Positions 30,908 through 41,105 are shown, counted from the first letter of the stretch. The stretch is DNA of 64,000 bases from an uncultured SAR92 cluster bacterium (GCA_902515855.1 CABXWC010000003.1:4289-68288); one strand, 5' to 3'. The notes: a model not told the origin generated them from the letters alone. Numbers and translations are program-made.

Positions 30908-31662
30908 AAACTCGTTTCATAATTTGGATCGCGTTTTTGGCTATTATTTCCAACAATGCAAAATCCGACCGAGAGTTAGAGCAGGAGGTGATTAAACTAA
31001 CAAGCTCTTTTGGAACAATTGAATGTGATAACGTTCTCCGTGGGCTTGGCACAAAGGTTCTTTTATCCCCTCGAGAATTAGAAAAAGGATCTATTTTTGT
31101 AACAGCTGCACACACACTTTTCGATAAAGAGAATGGTAGGAGGTATAAAAATTGCTTTTTTAAATTAGGTAATAGCCGATTTAATAAAAGACCTTTTGAT
31201 AGGATCTCAAACACTAATTACTCTCCTCTTGACAATGATATTGATAAGGCTGCCAATGACTATATTTTTTTTTATATCAAAAATAGTGTGTCCTCGCCGG
31301 GCATAAGGCTAAAAGAAACTGGAAAGAGTGAAGTAAATTTAGTCTCTATTGGCTTTGATAGCTTTTCTGACAAAATAATATTAAACAATCCATGCGAGAG
31401 AATACGTTCCGAAATCTTAAAGCTCGATGGCATTCTATTACATAACTGTGATTCAAAAGCAGGGAACTCAGGGGGTGCAATTATCGACCGAAACACTGGA
31501 AGTTTAGTTGCGATACATGGAGGGAAATTTCTAATAAATGAGAATAAAGACAATACGGATTTTTCAACAAAAACGATAATTATAAATCATGGCAGAGAAG
31601 TTGATTTGGCCTTTGTAAAATCTTTGGATAATTTTATTTTGTCTTTAATTGGTGATCAGTGA
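30889..31662 (+). CDS. Secreted trypsin-like (chymotrypsin-fold) serine peptidase
   Basis: 257 aa with a signal-like N-terminus. Catalytic-triad motifs appear in the right order: VTAAHT (His), NDYIFF (Asp) and GNSGGAI (Ser). The start overlaps rsmE by 19 nt. Confidence 0.65.
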   Translation: MGRPYIKTRFIIWIAFLAIISNNAKSDRELEQEVIKLTSSFGTIECDNVLRGLGTKVLLSPRELEKGSIFVTAAHTLFDKENGRRYKNCFFKLGNSRFNKRPFDRISNTNYSPLDNDIDKAANDYIFFYIKNSVSSPGIRLKETGKSEVNLVSIGFDSFSDKIILNNPCERIRSEILKLDGILLHNCDSKAGNSGGAIIDRNTGSLVAIHGGKFLINENKDNTDFSTKTIIINHGREVDLAFVKSLDNFILSLIGDQ

Positions 31663-33534
31663 TTACTCATCAAATGAAATATCTTTCTCATAACCGGGAA
31701 TACTAATTCCACTTTTTGAAATTTTAATTTTAGAATCTTCTATTTGCTCTTCACCAAATTTATAAATGACATCCAGGTCTCCTCGATCTGCGCTTTTACG
31801 GTAAACGCTTGCTCTCTCTAGGGCGACCTCCCGCCGAGTCAAATAATTAGAAAAGTCTTTATCTGAGTATTTCAGCATCAATAATTCCTCCGACTTCTTT
31901 GGAGAAATGACATAACCACTTGCATTATTACCTCCAAAACCCTTGGAATTAATGAAGGCAACGTCCATTGGATTCGAGCTGACATCTTTATCATGCAGTA
32001 AAAAAGACAATCTTTCTTTACTGACATCTTTAGCAATCCTGTCAATGGTTTTAATACCCGGAATCACCTGATAAGAAAAAGTACCCAATGCCGAAACTAC
32101 CTGATCACCACTTGCAGCGGCCATACTGTGACCAACGTATGATTTTACTGCTGCCACAGGCCAATCGAAAATATCAAACGCCTCTGCCACCCTATCTAGT
32201 ACCTCTGATTCAGTTGTTCTATTGGCAGGCGTACTAGATCCGTGTGCGTGAACAAAACTATTATTTTGAATACTCTTTTCTCCAAGCAAACTTATTGCTG
32301 ATGACACTGCTCTTGCAAAACATAAATAGTTCCCAGGCCCCGGAGCAGATATGGATTTCTTGATACCATCCGCGTTTACAAAGACTCCCGGGAATGCTCC
32401 ATAAATGATAGCCCCTAATTCCAGTGCTAGTTTGTCGTCCATTAAAATAATATATTGAGAAGCCTCGGCCAAGGTAAATCCACAATTTTCCCCAAAAGGT
32501 CGGCTCGAGGATCGCCAGTTTACTTTATCCAAACCGTCTATTCTTTTTAATCCATCTTCTGTAACCAGAGCACTCATACTAGACAGACCTTCAGACATCT
32601 CAGGAGTGATCGGCGCTTCGGAATTACCCACAACGGCCAAGCGGCATCGGCCTGCTTGAATATCTCTTATTGCGCTATTAACCGTATATAAGAAACTAGC
32701 ACATGCCCCAGTCGTTGCCTCCGTATGCCCTATATTCCCCAATACATAGGCATTTATAAAATCTGCAGGCATTGAATTTAAGGCTAGTGGAACTTGTTTT
32801 GACGTTGTTCTATCTCCTCTTAATCTTGATTTAAGAAGCCCTCCGAAAGCTTCTTCATTTACTTGACCAAATACGCTCGATGAGTAGACTCCCACCTCAT
32901 TTGGGCTAAGATTTTTACTCAAGAGATCCCACGGAATACCCACAGAATTGAGCGCATCATTCACTCCGAGTATTGCCATTTGCAAACCCCTTGGATGAAA
33001 CCTCGAAGTATAATAAGACTCAGGACAGAACCCTTTAGGTAACTGCCCCGCAGCTTTTGAGCTCAGTTCATAATGTGAGGAAACAAAAAATTCGGTTTTA
33101 CCACTCGAGGTAACCTCTACTTCCGAATTAGGTAATATTTTTATCTTCCAATCTTTAGGGGGGTACTCAGGCAAATCTCTTTTCAACATTTTAAAAACTA
33201 ATTTCTTTTCAGAGGAAAAGTTGATTTTTTTATTCCCTGGAATAGCACGGCTATCAAAATGCTCGATCTCACGAATCAATGTACCTGCGAGCACAATTCC
33301 CTCGTAAGCTTTAACAACTTCTTCTTCATCTAAAAATTCACCCAATGCACTTATATAAGTATCATCTTTCCAAGAGACTAAGCCCATTAAACAGGCAAGA
33401 CTCAAAATAGTGTTACGCTTATCTTCTTCGTTCAATGATTCTATAATCGTGCGTTTGAACCCTTGATGGAAGGAACTCCGACCGGCAGAATTATATCCTC
33501 CAAAACCTACTATGACTGGTAAAACCTTACTCAT
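31663..33534 (-). CDS. fabY: FabY-type beta-ketoacyl-ACP synthase (about 620-aa KAS I/II-fold enzyme)
   Basis: 623 aa. The N-terminus MSKVLPVIVGFGGYNSAGRSSFHQGF closely resembles what I recall of P. aeruginosa FabY (PA5174). Cys-His-His triad context: TGACASFLY, HAHGSSTPAN, VGHSMAAASG. Confidence 0.65.
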   Translation of the reverse strand: MSKVLPVIVGFGGYNSAGRSSFHQGFKRTIIESLNEEDKRNTILSLACLMGLVSWKDDTYISALGEFLDEEEVVKAYEGIVLAGTLIREIEHFDSRAIPGNKKINFSSEKKLVFKMLKRDLPEYPPKDWKIKILPNSEVEVTSSGKTEFFVSSHYELSSKAAGQLPKGFCPESYYTSRFHPRGLQMAILGVNDALNSVGIPWDLLSKNLSPNEVGVYSSSVFGQVNEEAFGGLLKSRLRGDRTTSKQVPLALNSMPADFINAYVLGNIGHTEATTGACASFLYTVNSAIRDIQAGRCRLAVVGNSEAPITPEMSEGLSSMSALVTEDGLKRIDGLDKVNWRSSSRPFGENCGFTLAEASQYIILMDDKLALELGAIIYGAFPGVFVNADGIKKSISAPGPGNYLCFARAVSSAISLLGEKSIQNNSFVHAHGSSTPANRTTESEVLDRVAEAFDIFDWPVAAVKSYVGHSMAAASGDQVVSALGTFSYQVIPGIKTIDRIAKDVSKERLSFLLHDKDVSSNPMDVAFINSKGFGGNNASGYVISPKKSEELLMLKYSDKDFSNYLTRREVALERASVYRKSADRGDLDVIYKFGEEQIEDSKIKISKSGISIPGYEKDISFDE

Positions 33535-33607
33535 ATTTATACCAATAATTTCATAATTTTTATCTTAAAATGCATTTGAATCTAGCATTGTAAAATCACG
33601 AACACTC

Positions 33608-34777
33608 TTAAAGCTTTCGGGCATTAACTATTCCACTTATATTTGCAATGTTTCTATCAATAGCCAAATCAATTTTCCCCTCCACATCTATAATATTATA
33701 AGCAATATCTCCTCGGCTTTTATTCACCATATCTATAATATTTAAGTTTAGGTCAGCAAAGACTGATAAGACTTGTCCGAGAACTTTCGGAATGTTTTCG
33801 TTGGTAAAGGTTATCCGAGTGCCTTCAGTACGAGCCATTTCAGTGGAAGGGAAGTTCACAGAATTTATAATGTTTCCATTTTCTAAAAAATCAATTAATT
33901 GCTCTGACGCCATTACCGCACAATTTTCTTCTGCTTCCTTCGTGCTCGCTCCAATATGTGGCATCAATAGGACATTTTTTAATCCAATCATCCCTGGCAT
34001 TGGGAAGTCACTGATATATCCGCCAATTACTTTGTTTTCGATAGCATCAATTAAATCATTTAAGTTCACTATTTCTGCCCGGGCAAAGTTTAAGAGCTTG
34101 GCTGAAGGTTTCATCTTGCAGAGATTTTTACTATTAATAAGATCCTTAGTTGACGGGATAGCTGGAACATGGAGTGTGACAAAATCAGATTGGCTTAATA
34201 AGGTTTCTAAACTATCCATTCTTTTTACTTTACTTGATAGTTGCCATGCAGTCTCCACTGAGATGGCTGGATCATAACCAATCACTTTCATGCCTAAACT
34301 GGAACCTAAATTAGCTACCATAGATCCTATTGCACCTAATCCCACGATCCCTAAAGTCTTTCCAAAAATTTCTTCTCCTGCGAATCGCTTTTTTTCTTTT
34401 TCTAACAAGCGGTTCATTTCTGCAAAATCATTAATACCTATCAAAGCATTAGCATATTCGATCCCGCCTATAATATCCCTCGATCCAATTAATAAACTAG
34501 CTACTATTAATTCCTTGACGGCATTTGCGTTTGCTCCAGGAGTATTAAATACGACAATACCTCTCTCTGTATATTCCTCCACCGGAATATTATTTACTCC
34601 TGCACCTGCTCTTGCTATAGCCACAAGAGACGATGGGATAGGCTGACCATGTAGTTTATGACTTCGCATCAGATATGCTTGAGGCTCAACGACCTCAGTA
34701 CTTATATTAAATTTTTTAGAATCAAACTTACTGAGTCCTGATTTTGCTATCGAGTTGTAAACCTGAATATTAAACAT
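33608..34777 (-). CDS. serA: D-3-phosphoglycerate dehydrogenase (short form with C-terminal ACT domain)
   Basis: 389 aa. 2-hydroxyacid dehydrogenase NAD site GIVGLGAIGS, the catalytic region ARAEIV...MPHIGAST and an ACT-like tail. It is adjacent to serC. Confidence 0.8.
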   Translation of the reverse strand: MFNIQVYNSIAKSGLSKFDSKKFNISTEVVEPQAYLMRSHKLHGQPIPSSLVAIARAGAGVNNIPVEEYTERGIVVFNTPGANANAVKELIVASLLIGSRDIIGGIEYANALIGINDFAEMNRLLEKEKKRFAGEEIFGKTLGIVGLGAIGSMVANLGSSLGMKVIGYDPAISVETAWQLSSKVKRMDSLETLLSQSDFVTLHVPAIPSTKDLINSKNLCKMKPSAKLLNFARAEIVNLNDLIDAIENKVIGGYISDFPMPGMIGLKNVLLMPHIGASTKEAEENCAVMASEQLIDFLENGNIINSVNFPSTEMARTEGTRITFTNENIPKVLGQVLSVFADLNLNIIDMVNKSRGDIAYNIIDVEGKIDLAIDRNIANISGIVNARKL

Positions 34778-34799
34778 TAACTTATCTCATTTATTATAT

Positions 34800-35912
34800 T
34801 TATTTAATCTTTTCAAAAGCCCAATCCAACCATGGCATCAACAAAATTAAGTCTTCTTGCTCAACTGTTGCTCCACACCATATTCTAAGGCCCGCAGGCG
34901 CGTCTCTGTAGGAGCCAATATCGAAAGCAACCTGTTCTGATTCGAGCAATTTAGTCATTTGCTTTACTTTTTCTGCCGATAAATCTAATTTTAAGCAAAC
35001 ACTAGTGTTTGATAATGTTTCAATTTTATTTGCTAAGAAACCAATCCATTCTCTCTCATCGACGAAGGCTTTAATAACACTTAGATTGTCTTCTGACTTT
35101 TTAATTGCTGCATTTATACCACCCAAAGATCTAACCCACTCCAATGCGTCTAAATAGTCTGCGGCGCATAATAAAGATGGAGTATTAATAGTCTGACCCG
35201 AAAAAATCCCATCTATTAATTTCCCTGATTTGGTCAATCGGAATAGTTTAGGAAGAGGCCAAGAAGGCGTGTAAGTTTCTAAACGTTCAACGGCTCTTGG
35301 GCTTAAGATAAGCATGCCATGAGCTCCCTCACCCCCTAAAACCTTCTGCCAACTAAATGTCGTAACATCCAACTTGTCCCAAGGCATATCCATAGCAAAC
35401 ACTGCCGATGTCGCATCACAAAATGTTAGCCCCCGACGATTGCTATCAATCCAATCTGAGTCTGGCACCTTTACACCGGAGGTAGTCCCGTTCCAGGTAA
35501 AAACGATATCATTATCACTATTGGTTAGTTCTAGTTTAGGTAAATCTCCATAGTCTGCCTCAAACAAAGAAATTTCCAACAGCCGTAACTGATTAACCGC
35601 ATCATTAATCCATCCCTTACCAAAAGATTCCCATGCACAAAGGTCAACCGGTCTCTCCCCAAGCATTGACCACATTGCCATTTCGAATGCACCTGTATCA
35701 GAAGCTGGAACAACTCCAACTCGGTAATCGTCTGGTAACCCTAGTACTGAAGAGGTCTCTTCACACACTCTTTTTAACAAATCTTTCCCTACTATCGAGC
35801 GATGGGATCTTCCCAAAGCGGATACATCAAGATTTGCAACATTATATCCAGGTCTCTTAGCGCAGGGCCCCGAGGAAAAGTTTGCACTATTTGGCTTTAA
35901 AGATGGCTTCAT
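34800..35912 (-). CDS. serC: Phosphoserine aminotransferase (about 370-aa SerC subtype)
   Basis: 370 aa. [18 protein letters not shown], a class-V aminotransferase fold and [11 protein letters not shown] (PLP Lys region). It lies directly upstream of serA. Confidence 0.75.
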   Translation of the reverse strand: MKPSLKPNSANFSSGPCAKRPGYNVANLDVSALGRSHRSIVGKDLLKRVCEETSSVLGLPDDYRVGVVPASDTGAFEMAMWSMLGERPVDLCAWESFGKGWINDAVNQLRLLEISLFEADYGDLPKLELTNSDNDIVFTWNGTTSGVKVPDSDWIDSNRRGLTFCDATSAVFAMDMPWDKLDVTTFSWQKVLGGEGAHGMLILSPRAVERLETYTPSWPLPKLFRLTKSGKLIDGIFSGQTINTPSLLCAADYLDALEWVRSLGGINAAIKKSEDNLSVIKAFVDEREWIGFLANKIETLSNTSVCLKLDLSAEKVKQMTKLLESEQVAFDIGSYRDAPAGLRIWCGATVEQEDLILLMPWLDWAFEKIK

Positions 35913-35984
35913 TTTATGAACACCTAATAAAGAAGGATTAGTTTTGAGGTAGCGTACCCAAAAGTTAAAACAAGAAGAGTTAGA

Positions 35985-36623
35985 TCAAGATTTCAGCTGT
36001 CTTTCTTTTTCTATCAAGAAACTAGCTATTCTCAACATCCCCTCGAAACCTTTCCCCATTCTCGTTGTTATTCGATATTTTCCATTAACAACCAATTCGG
36101 GAGTTCCCTGTGTCCGATAACCTTTGATTCTAGATTTTGCCTGGTTAACCTGACTGTTAACACCAAATGAATTGTACGCTTTGGAAAATTTTTCACCATC
36201 AACTCGATGTTTAGAAAATATTTTCTCAATATCATTCTTAGATTGAATTGATTCCTTTCTTACATGAATTGCTTCGAACAAATCAACATGAGTTTTATCA
36301 AGAACATTAAAAGACCTTCCAACAAAGTATGCTCTCGCATAAGGCTCTAAGCTGGGATGCCATATAGCAGGTGTTCGCTGAAAATCTACATCATCTTCTA
36401 AATCTTCGACCCAAGGTTTCATCGCTCGTTCAAAGTTGTAGCAGTGCACACATCCATAATGAAAAACTTCATTGATTTCTATTTTAGAAGAATCAGCAGT
36501 TCGTATTACTTGTGGCAAAATTTCGTAGTCTACTCCCGCTTCAAACATCTCTGCTTTTAGGCCCACAGAAACAAATATCACCATGAAAGCGATGTTACGA
36601 AATCTCTGAATTTGTTTTATCAT
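35985..36623 (-). CDS. dsbA: Thiol:disulfide interchange protein DsbA
   Basis: 212 aa with a signal peptide, the CxxC active site (YGCVHCYNFE) and GTPELVVNGKY near the C-terminus. It follows cytochrome c4, as in Pseudomonas. Confidence 0.8.
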   Translation of the reverse strand: MIKQIQRFRNIAFMVIFVSVGLKAEMFEAGVDYEILPQVIRTADSSKIEINEVFHYGCVHCYNFERAMKPWVEDLEDDVDFQRTPAIWHPSLEPYARAYFVGRSFNVLDKTHVDLFEAIHVRKESIQSKNDIEKIFSKHRVDGEKFSKAYNSFGVNSQVNQAKSRIKGYRTQGTPELVVNGKYRITTRMGKGFEGMLRIASFLIEKERQLKS

Positions 36624-36649
36624 GCTTATTAAGACCCAAGTAAATTCAT

Positions 36650-37294
36650 TTAATTCAATCCCGATATATAATTTGACACCGCTTTTATTTCTTTATCGCT
36701 CAAATTAGCCGCTACCCCTTGCATAATTGAAGCATTATTACCACTGGCTCGCTCACCTCTTCTGTATGCCAGAAGCTGCTTCTCAATGTACTCTGCATAT
36801 TGACCACCTAAAGCTGGGTATCCTGCGGGGCCGTTTCCATTGCCTGAGGGAGAGTGACACCCTGTACATGCAGCCACACCATTAGCAATATTTCCGCCTC
36901 GGTAGACTTTTTCGCCAAGTGCCAAAGCTTTATCTGGATCCGATATTCCAATCAACTCAATTTCTTTTGAACCAGTAATCGTTCTCTGCTTTTGATTGTA
37001 GTAAGCTGCCATGTCTTGTAAATCTTGGTCTGATGATTGGTCCAATATTCCAGTCATCTCCATAATGATTCTCTCACCCGATTTAACTAATCTCAGCTGT
37101 TCAGTAATATACTTTTCGCCAAGTCCCGCGATTTTGGGGAAATTTGGGACTAAACTGTTCCCGTCTGACCCATGACACCCAGCGCACACCAGTACTTTGT
37201 TTTGTCCAGCAGCTGCATCTCCTGCAGACTGTGATGACGCAGAAAATAAAAGTAAAACTACTGAGACCATCAAGAGAAAATAATATTTAACCAT
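36650..37294 (-). CDS. Diheme cytochrome c4
   Basis: 214 aa with a signal peptide, two CxxCH sites (CAGCHG, CTGCHS) and two Met-ligand regions (MEMTG, IMQGV). Confidence 0.85.
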   Translation of the reverse strand: MVKYYFLLMVSVVLLLFSASSQSAGDAAAGQNKVLVCAGCHGSDGNSLVPNFPKIAGLGEKYITEQLRLVKSGERIIMEMTGILDQSSDQDLQDMAAYYNQKQRTITGSKEIELIGISDPDKALALGEKVYRGGNIANGVAACTGCHSPSGNGNGPAGYPALGGQYAEYIEKQLLAYRRGERASGNNASIMQGVAANLSDKEIKAVSNYISGLN

Positions 37295-37417
37295 CTATGT
37301 TTCCAAATCTAAAGGGGCAGACTATATACGTTATAACACGCGTCACTGGCGTTCTTGCGCCTGCGGAGGCATTATATAACATCTGTCTCAGTTTTCTAAC
37401 CAACAAATCTGAAAAAA

Positions 37418-38050
37418 TTGCAATTTATGATGGTGAATTTTCAAAAAGTATCTTTTTTATCCAGTGCCCCAAAATTATCATTATGCCCACCAGATGAGGG
37501 AATCGAAATCGCTTTTGCAGGTAGATCGAATGCTGGAAAATCGACAGCTCTGAACACATTGGTTAAAAACAAGAAACTTGCAAAAACCAGCAAGACACCA
37601 GGCCGAACACAATTAATAAATTTTTTTGAATTAAATGAAAATCAACGATTGGTAGATCTACCAGGATATGGCTATGCGAAAGTCCCGCTATCTGTCAAAA
37701 GAAAATGGGATATAAATCTGTCTGAGTATCTTAGATTTCGCCAAAGTTTACGTGGTTTAATTCTACTAATGGATAGCAGGCATCCCTTGACAGAATATGA
37801 CCGTCAAATATTAATGTGGAGTTCTCAGACAAATCTGGAAGTTCACATATTACTGACAAAAGCCGACAAACAAAAAAATAATGCCTTAAAAACTACGTTA
37901 GAAAAGGTAAAAAACTTTACTCTAGATCCGGAATTATCCTTGCCAAGTATTTCTGTTCAACTATTTTCATCTAAAAGCAAGCTAGGGCTAAAGGAGTTTG
38001 AAGAGAGAATAAACTCATGGTTTACAAGAGAGCTCCTGAATCCTCAATGA
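37418..38050 (+). CDS. engB: Ribosome-biogenesis GTPase EngB/YihA
   Basis: 210 aa that aligns with E. coli YihA (G.EIAFAGRSNAGKSTALNTL, KTPGRTQLINFF, DLPGYGYAKV, LLTKADK). The start could be ATG 37427 or 37430. Confidence 0.9.
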   Translation: MQFMMVNFQKVSFLSSAPKLSLCPPDEGIEIAFAGRSNAGKSTALNTLVKNKKLAKTSKTPGRTQLINFFELNENQRLVDLPGYGYAKVPLSVKRKWDINLSEYLRFRQSLRGLILLMDSRHPLTEYDRQILMWSSQTNLEVHILLTKADKQKNNALKTTLEKVKNFTLDPELSLPSISVQLFSSKSKLGLKEFEERINSWFTRELLNPQ

Positions 38051-38060
38051 TTCAGGAGCT
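38031..38060 (+). terminator. Perfect 12-bp stem / 6-nt loop hairpin spanning the engB stop codon
   Basis: AGCTCCTGAATC (38031-38042), loop CTCAAT, GATTCAGGAGCT (38049-38060). The TGA stop is at 38048-38050. The downstream tail TCTTGCT is only moderately U-rich, so a terminator role is uncertain. Confidence 0.45.
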
Positions 38061-38185
38061 TCTTGCTACTTAGGGGTCTAACATCTACTAACATCTCTCG
38101 GGGGAGATAAATTGCAACTTTGCGTTGCTCTATTTTTGACACCAAGATTTTAAAAAGTTCAAAAGTTTTTAAAAATAAGTACCTT

Positions 38186-40951
38186 TTAATGCGCCTGATC
38201 CCAATTATCACCAATTCCAATATCAACAACTAAAGGAATTTTTAATTTAGCGGCATTTGCCATCCTTTTCTCAAGTTGTTCCAGCACAGTTGAGAGTTCA
38301 TTTTCAGCAACTTCTAACACTAGCTCGTCATGTACCTGCATGATAATGGAACTGTCCATTTTGGAGTCTAGCAACCAGCTATCAACGGATATCATAGCTA
38401 ATTTAATAATATCAGCCGCAGTGCCTTGCATTGGCGCATTAATCGCTGTTCTTTCAGCAGCTTGCCGACGCATCCCATTAGACGAATTAATTTCTGGCAG
38501 ATAAAGGCGTCGTCCAAAGTAAGTTTCAACATATCCTTGAGTCGCAGCTAACTTCCGAATTTCATCCATATAGATTCGAACTCCAGGATACCTATCAAAG
38601 TACATCGCAATATACTCAGCAGCTTGATTTCTATTAATGCCTAACTGCTTTGATAAACCAAACGCGGACATCCCATAAATTAATCCAAAATTAATTGCTT
38701 TAGCACTCCTTCTTTGTTCGGCCGAGACAGCATCCGCATCAACTGAAAAAACCTCTGAGGCAGTCGCAGAGTGAATGTCCTTGCCCAGCTGAAATGCATT
38801 TATCAGATTTTTATCCTCAGAAAGATGCGCCATAATCCTTAATTCAATTTGCGAGTAATCAGCAGCAACGATTTTGCAATTGGGAGCTGCTATAAATGCT
38901 TGTCTAACTCGCCTCCCTTCGTCGCTTTTTATTGGTATGTTTTGTAGGTTTGGGTCAGATGAGGAGAGCCTTCCAGTAGCGGTACCTGACTGATTATAAG
39001 ACGTGTGAATTCGTTTAGTTCTTTTATTAATCATAACCGGTAACTTGTCGGTATATGTTGACTTTAGCTTTGAGAGACCACGATGTTGGAGCAATATTTT
39101 TGGCAACGAATGATTCAAAGCAAGCTCTTGTAATACCTCTTCTTTAGTGGACGGCGCACCTGTTGCTGTTTTTTTAATCACAGGAATCTTAAGTTTGGTA
39201 AAGAGAATCTCTCCAATCTGTTTGGGAGAAGATAAATTGAACTCTTCTCCTGCTTGATGCCATGCCTCTTGCTCGATACTAGATAATTTCACCGCGAGTT
39301 CTGAACTTTGCTCGAATAGTAAATCTGAATCTATAAGCGCGCCTTTTCTCTCTATCCGAGAGAGTACACTGATTAGTGGCACTTCTATCTGTTCAAACAC
39401 AAATGCTAAATTAGAATCTGATTGAATTCTTGGCCAAAGCGTTTCATGCAGTTTTAACGTTACATCCGCATCCTCAGCAGCATAGTCTGTGGCTTGGTCA
39501 ATTTCCACTTGATCAAACGTGATTTGCTTTGCTCCTTTCCCTACGACATCAGTAAAAGTTGCAGTTTTAATTTCTAAATACTTTTGGGCCAGACTATCCA
39601 TGTCATGGCGAGTAGCAACAGAATCAATTACATAAGACTCCAACATAGTGTCATGACTTATGCCCTTTAAATGAATACCATGTTGATGGAGGATACTCAT
39701 ATCAAATTTAATATTTTGACCCACTTTTTTAATATTAATGTCTTCTAAAACCGGTTTTAATTCACGGATTACTAATTTTTTGTCGAGTTGCTCAGGCGCG
39801 CCGAGATAACTATGACCAATCGGTATATAAGCTGCTTTTCCAGTTTCGACAGCAATAGATAGCCCTATTAGATTAGCAGAAATATAATCTAAGCTATCAG
39901 TCTCAGTATCGATAGCAAGATACTTAACATCATTAATTTTTGTAATCCATTTTTTTAAATCGTGAACCGTTGAAACAGTTTCATACTCAGTTTCAATATT
40001 GTGATCTTCAGGAATTTCAGGACTGGGTAGTTCTTGCAGATTTTCAAACACGTCTTCATTTTTACCTTTGGACTTCAATTTTTCATCCAACTCTTTGGAC
40101 CAATTTTTGAATTCTAAATCAGTAAATATCTCAAAAAGTAAATCTTTCTTAGGAGACACCATTGGAATGTCAGAAATATCAAAGTCTGTCTCAACATCTG
40201 TCTTTATCGTTGCAAGTGTGTATGATAATTCGACTAAAGAGCGATTCTCCAAAAGTTTATCTGGAAGTGCTTTGGCGCCTCTAATTGCTAGATTTGGAAT
40301 TAAATGTAAATTTTGATATATATTTTTAATATTTCCCAGAGATGTCAAAAGCGCAAGGGCTGTTTTTTCTCCAACACCAGGTGCGCCAGGAATATTATCT
40401 GACTTATCACCCAACAGAGCGAGATAATCAATAATTAACTCGGGTGGTATTCCGAATTTATCTTTCACTCCTTGCGAATCAAGAAATTGATCCGTCATTG
40501 TATTTACTAATGCGATATTATTATCAACAATCTGAGCAAGATCCTTATCTCCAGTGGAAACAATAACCTTAATGTTGCTATCCGACGCTTTTTTCGCAAG
40601 TGTTCCGATGACGTCATCTGCCTCTACTCCATCAATCATTAACAATGGCAAACCCATCGCTTCGATTATCGAATATATCGGCTGTATCTGCATTCTTAAA
40701 TCGTCTGGCATGGGAGGACGGTTGGCTTTATATTGATCATACAAGTCGTCACGAAAGGTTTTTCCTTTTGCATCAAACACCGTAACAATGTGACCATCAG
40801 GATAGTCTTTCTGAAGCCTTCTAATCATATTTATGACACCTTTTACAGCGCCCGTCGGAACTCCCTTTGAACTCACTAGAGGAGGAAGAGCATGATATGC
40901 ACGGTAGATATAAGACGATCCATCTACAAGAACTACTGGCTTTACACCCAT
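38186..40951 (-). CDS. polA: DNA polymerase I
   Basis: 921 aa. 5'-3' exonuclease (LVDGSSYIYRAYHA), 3'-5' exonuclease (AIDTETDSL) and polymerase motifs (ADYSQIELRI, RRSAKAINFGLIYG, QVHDELV). Confidence 0.97.
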   Translation of the reverse strand: MGVKPVVLVDGSSYIYRAYHALPPLVSSKGVPTGAVKGVINMIRRLQKDYPDGHIVTVFDAKGKTFRDDLYDQYKANRPPMPDDLRMQIQPIYSIIEAMGLPLLMIDGVEADDVIGTLAKKASDSNIKVIVSTGDKDLAQIVDNNIALVNTMTDQFLDSQGVKDKFGIPPELIIDYLALLGDKSDNIPGAPGVGEKTALALLTSLGNIKNIYQNLHLIPNLAIRGAKALPDKLLENRSLVELSYTLATIKTDVETDFDISDIPMVSPKKDLLFEIFTDLEFKNWSKELDEKLKSKGKNEDVFENLQELPSPEIPEDHNIETEYETVSTVHDLKKWITKINDVKYLAIDTETDSLDYISANLIGLSIAVETGKAAYIPIGHSYLGAPEQLDKKLVIRELKPVLEDINIKKVGQNIKFDMSILHQHGIHLKGISHDTMLESYVIDSVATRHDMDSLAQKYLEIKTATFTDVVGKGAKQITFDQVEIDQATDYAAEDADVTLKLHETLWPRIQSDSNLAFVFEQIEVPLISVLSRIERKGALIDSDLLFEQSSELAVKLSSIEQEAWHQAGEEFNLSSPKQIGEILFTKLKIPVIKKTATGAPSTKEEVLQELALNHSLPKILLQHRGLSKLKSTYTDKLPVMINKRTKRIHTSYNQSGTATGRLSSSDPNLQNIPIKSDEGRRVRQAFIAAPNCKIVAADYSQIELRIMAHLSEDKNLINAFQLGKDIHSATASEVFSVDADAVSAEQRRSAKAINFGLIYGMSAFGLSKQLGINRNQAAEYIAMYFDRYPGVRIYMDEIRKLAATQGYVETYFGRRLYLPEINSSNGMRRQAAERTAINAPMQGTAADIIKLAMISVDSWLLDSKMDSSIIMQVHDELVLEVAENELSTVLEQLEKRMANAAKLKIPLVVDIGIGDNWDQAH

Positions 40952-41088
40952 AATTATTTGCTTAATTGTATCGGTAACTCAGTAATGATAGGTATATTTC
41001 GCTTATGAAACAAATTTTTACTGCTCGTTACTTATTTATGAAAAAGTGATCCCAGTAAGTAAAATATAGAGTCGCCAGTGGGATTAAT

Positions 41089-41105
41089 ATGTTATAATAT
41101 AACAT
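41089..41105. promoter_or_regulatory. Zur box 1 (ATGTTATAATATAACAT)
   Basis: Perfect 8-1-8 palindrome identical to the core of the gamma-proteobacterial Zur-box consensus (GAAATGTTATAWTATAACATTTC). It contains a + strand TATAAT at 41093-41098. Confidence 0.7.

Noticed and set aside
33792-34646. Two long + strand ORFs (161 aa and 118 aa) inside serA
   Set aside because: They are antisense to serA, which has a clear NAD-binding motif and ACT domain. The translations are low-complexity. I noted them only because of their length.
37297-37497. 66-aa + ORF in the cytochrome c4 / engB intergenic region
   Set aside because: It overlaps the engB start region out of frame and has no motif or RBS support. 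The region is better explained as a divergent promoter.
38091-38140. Short stems ATCTC/GAGAT and GCAAC/GTTGC followed by TCTATTTTT, downstream of engB
   Set aside because: They are only 5-bp stems. One may be a weak terminator, but they are not distinctive enough to call separately from the 12-bp hairpin.
41005-41049. 14-codon mini-ORF (MKQIFTARYLFMKK) between polA and the Zur boxes
   Set aside because: It is too short to evaluate, has no obvious RBS and could be chance in AT-rich DNA. I mention it only because a minus-strand TATAAT in Zur box 2 points across this region.
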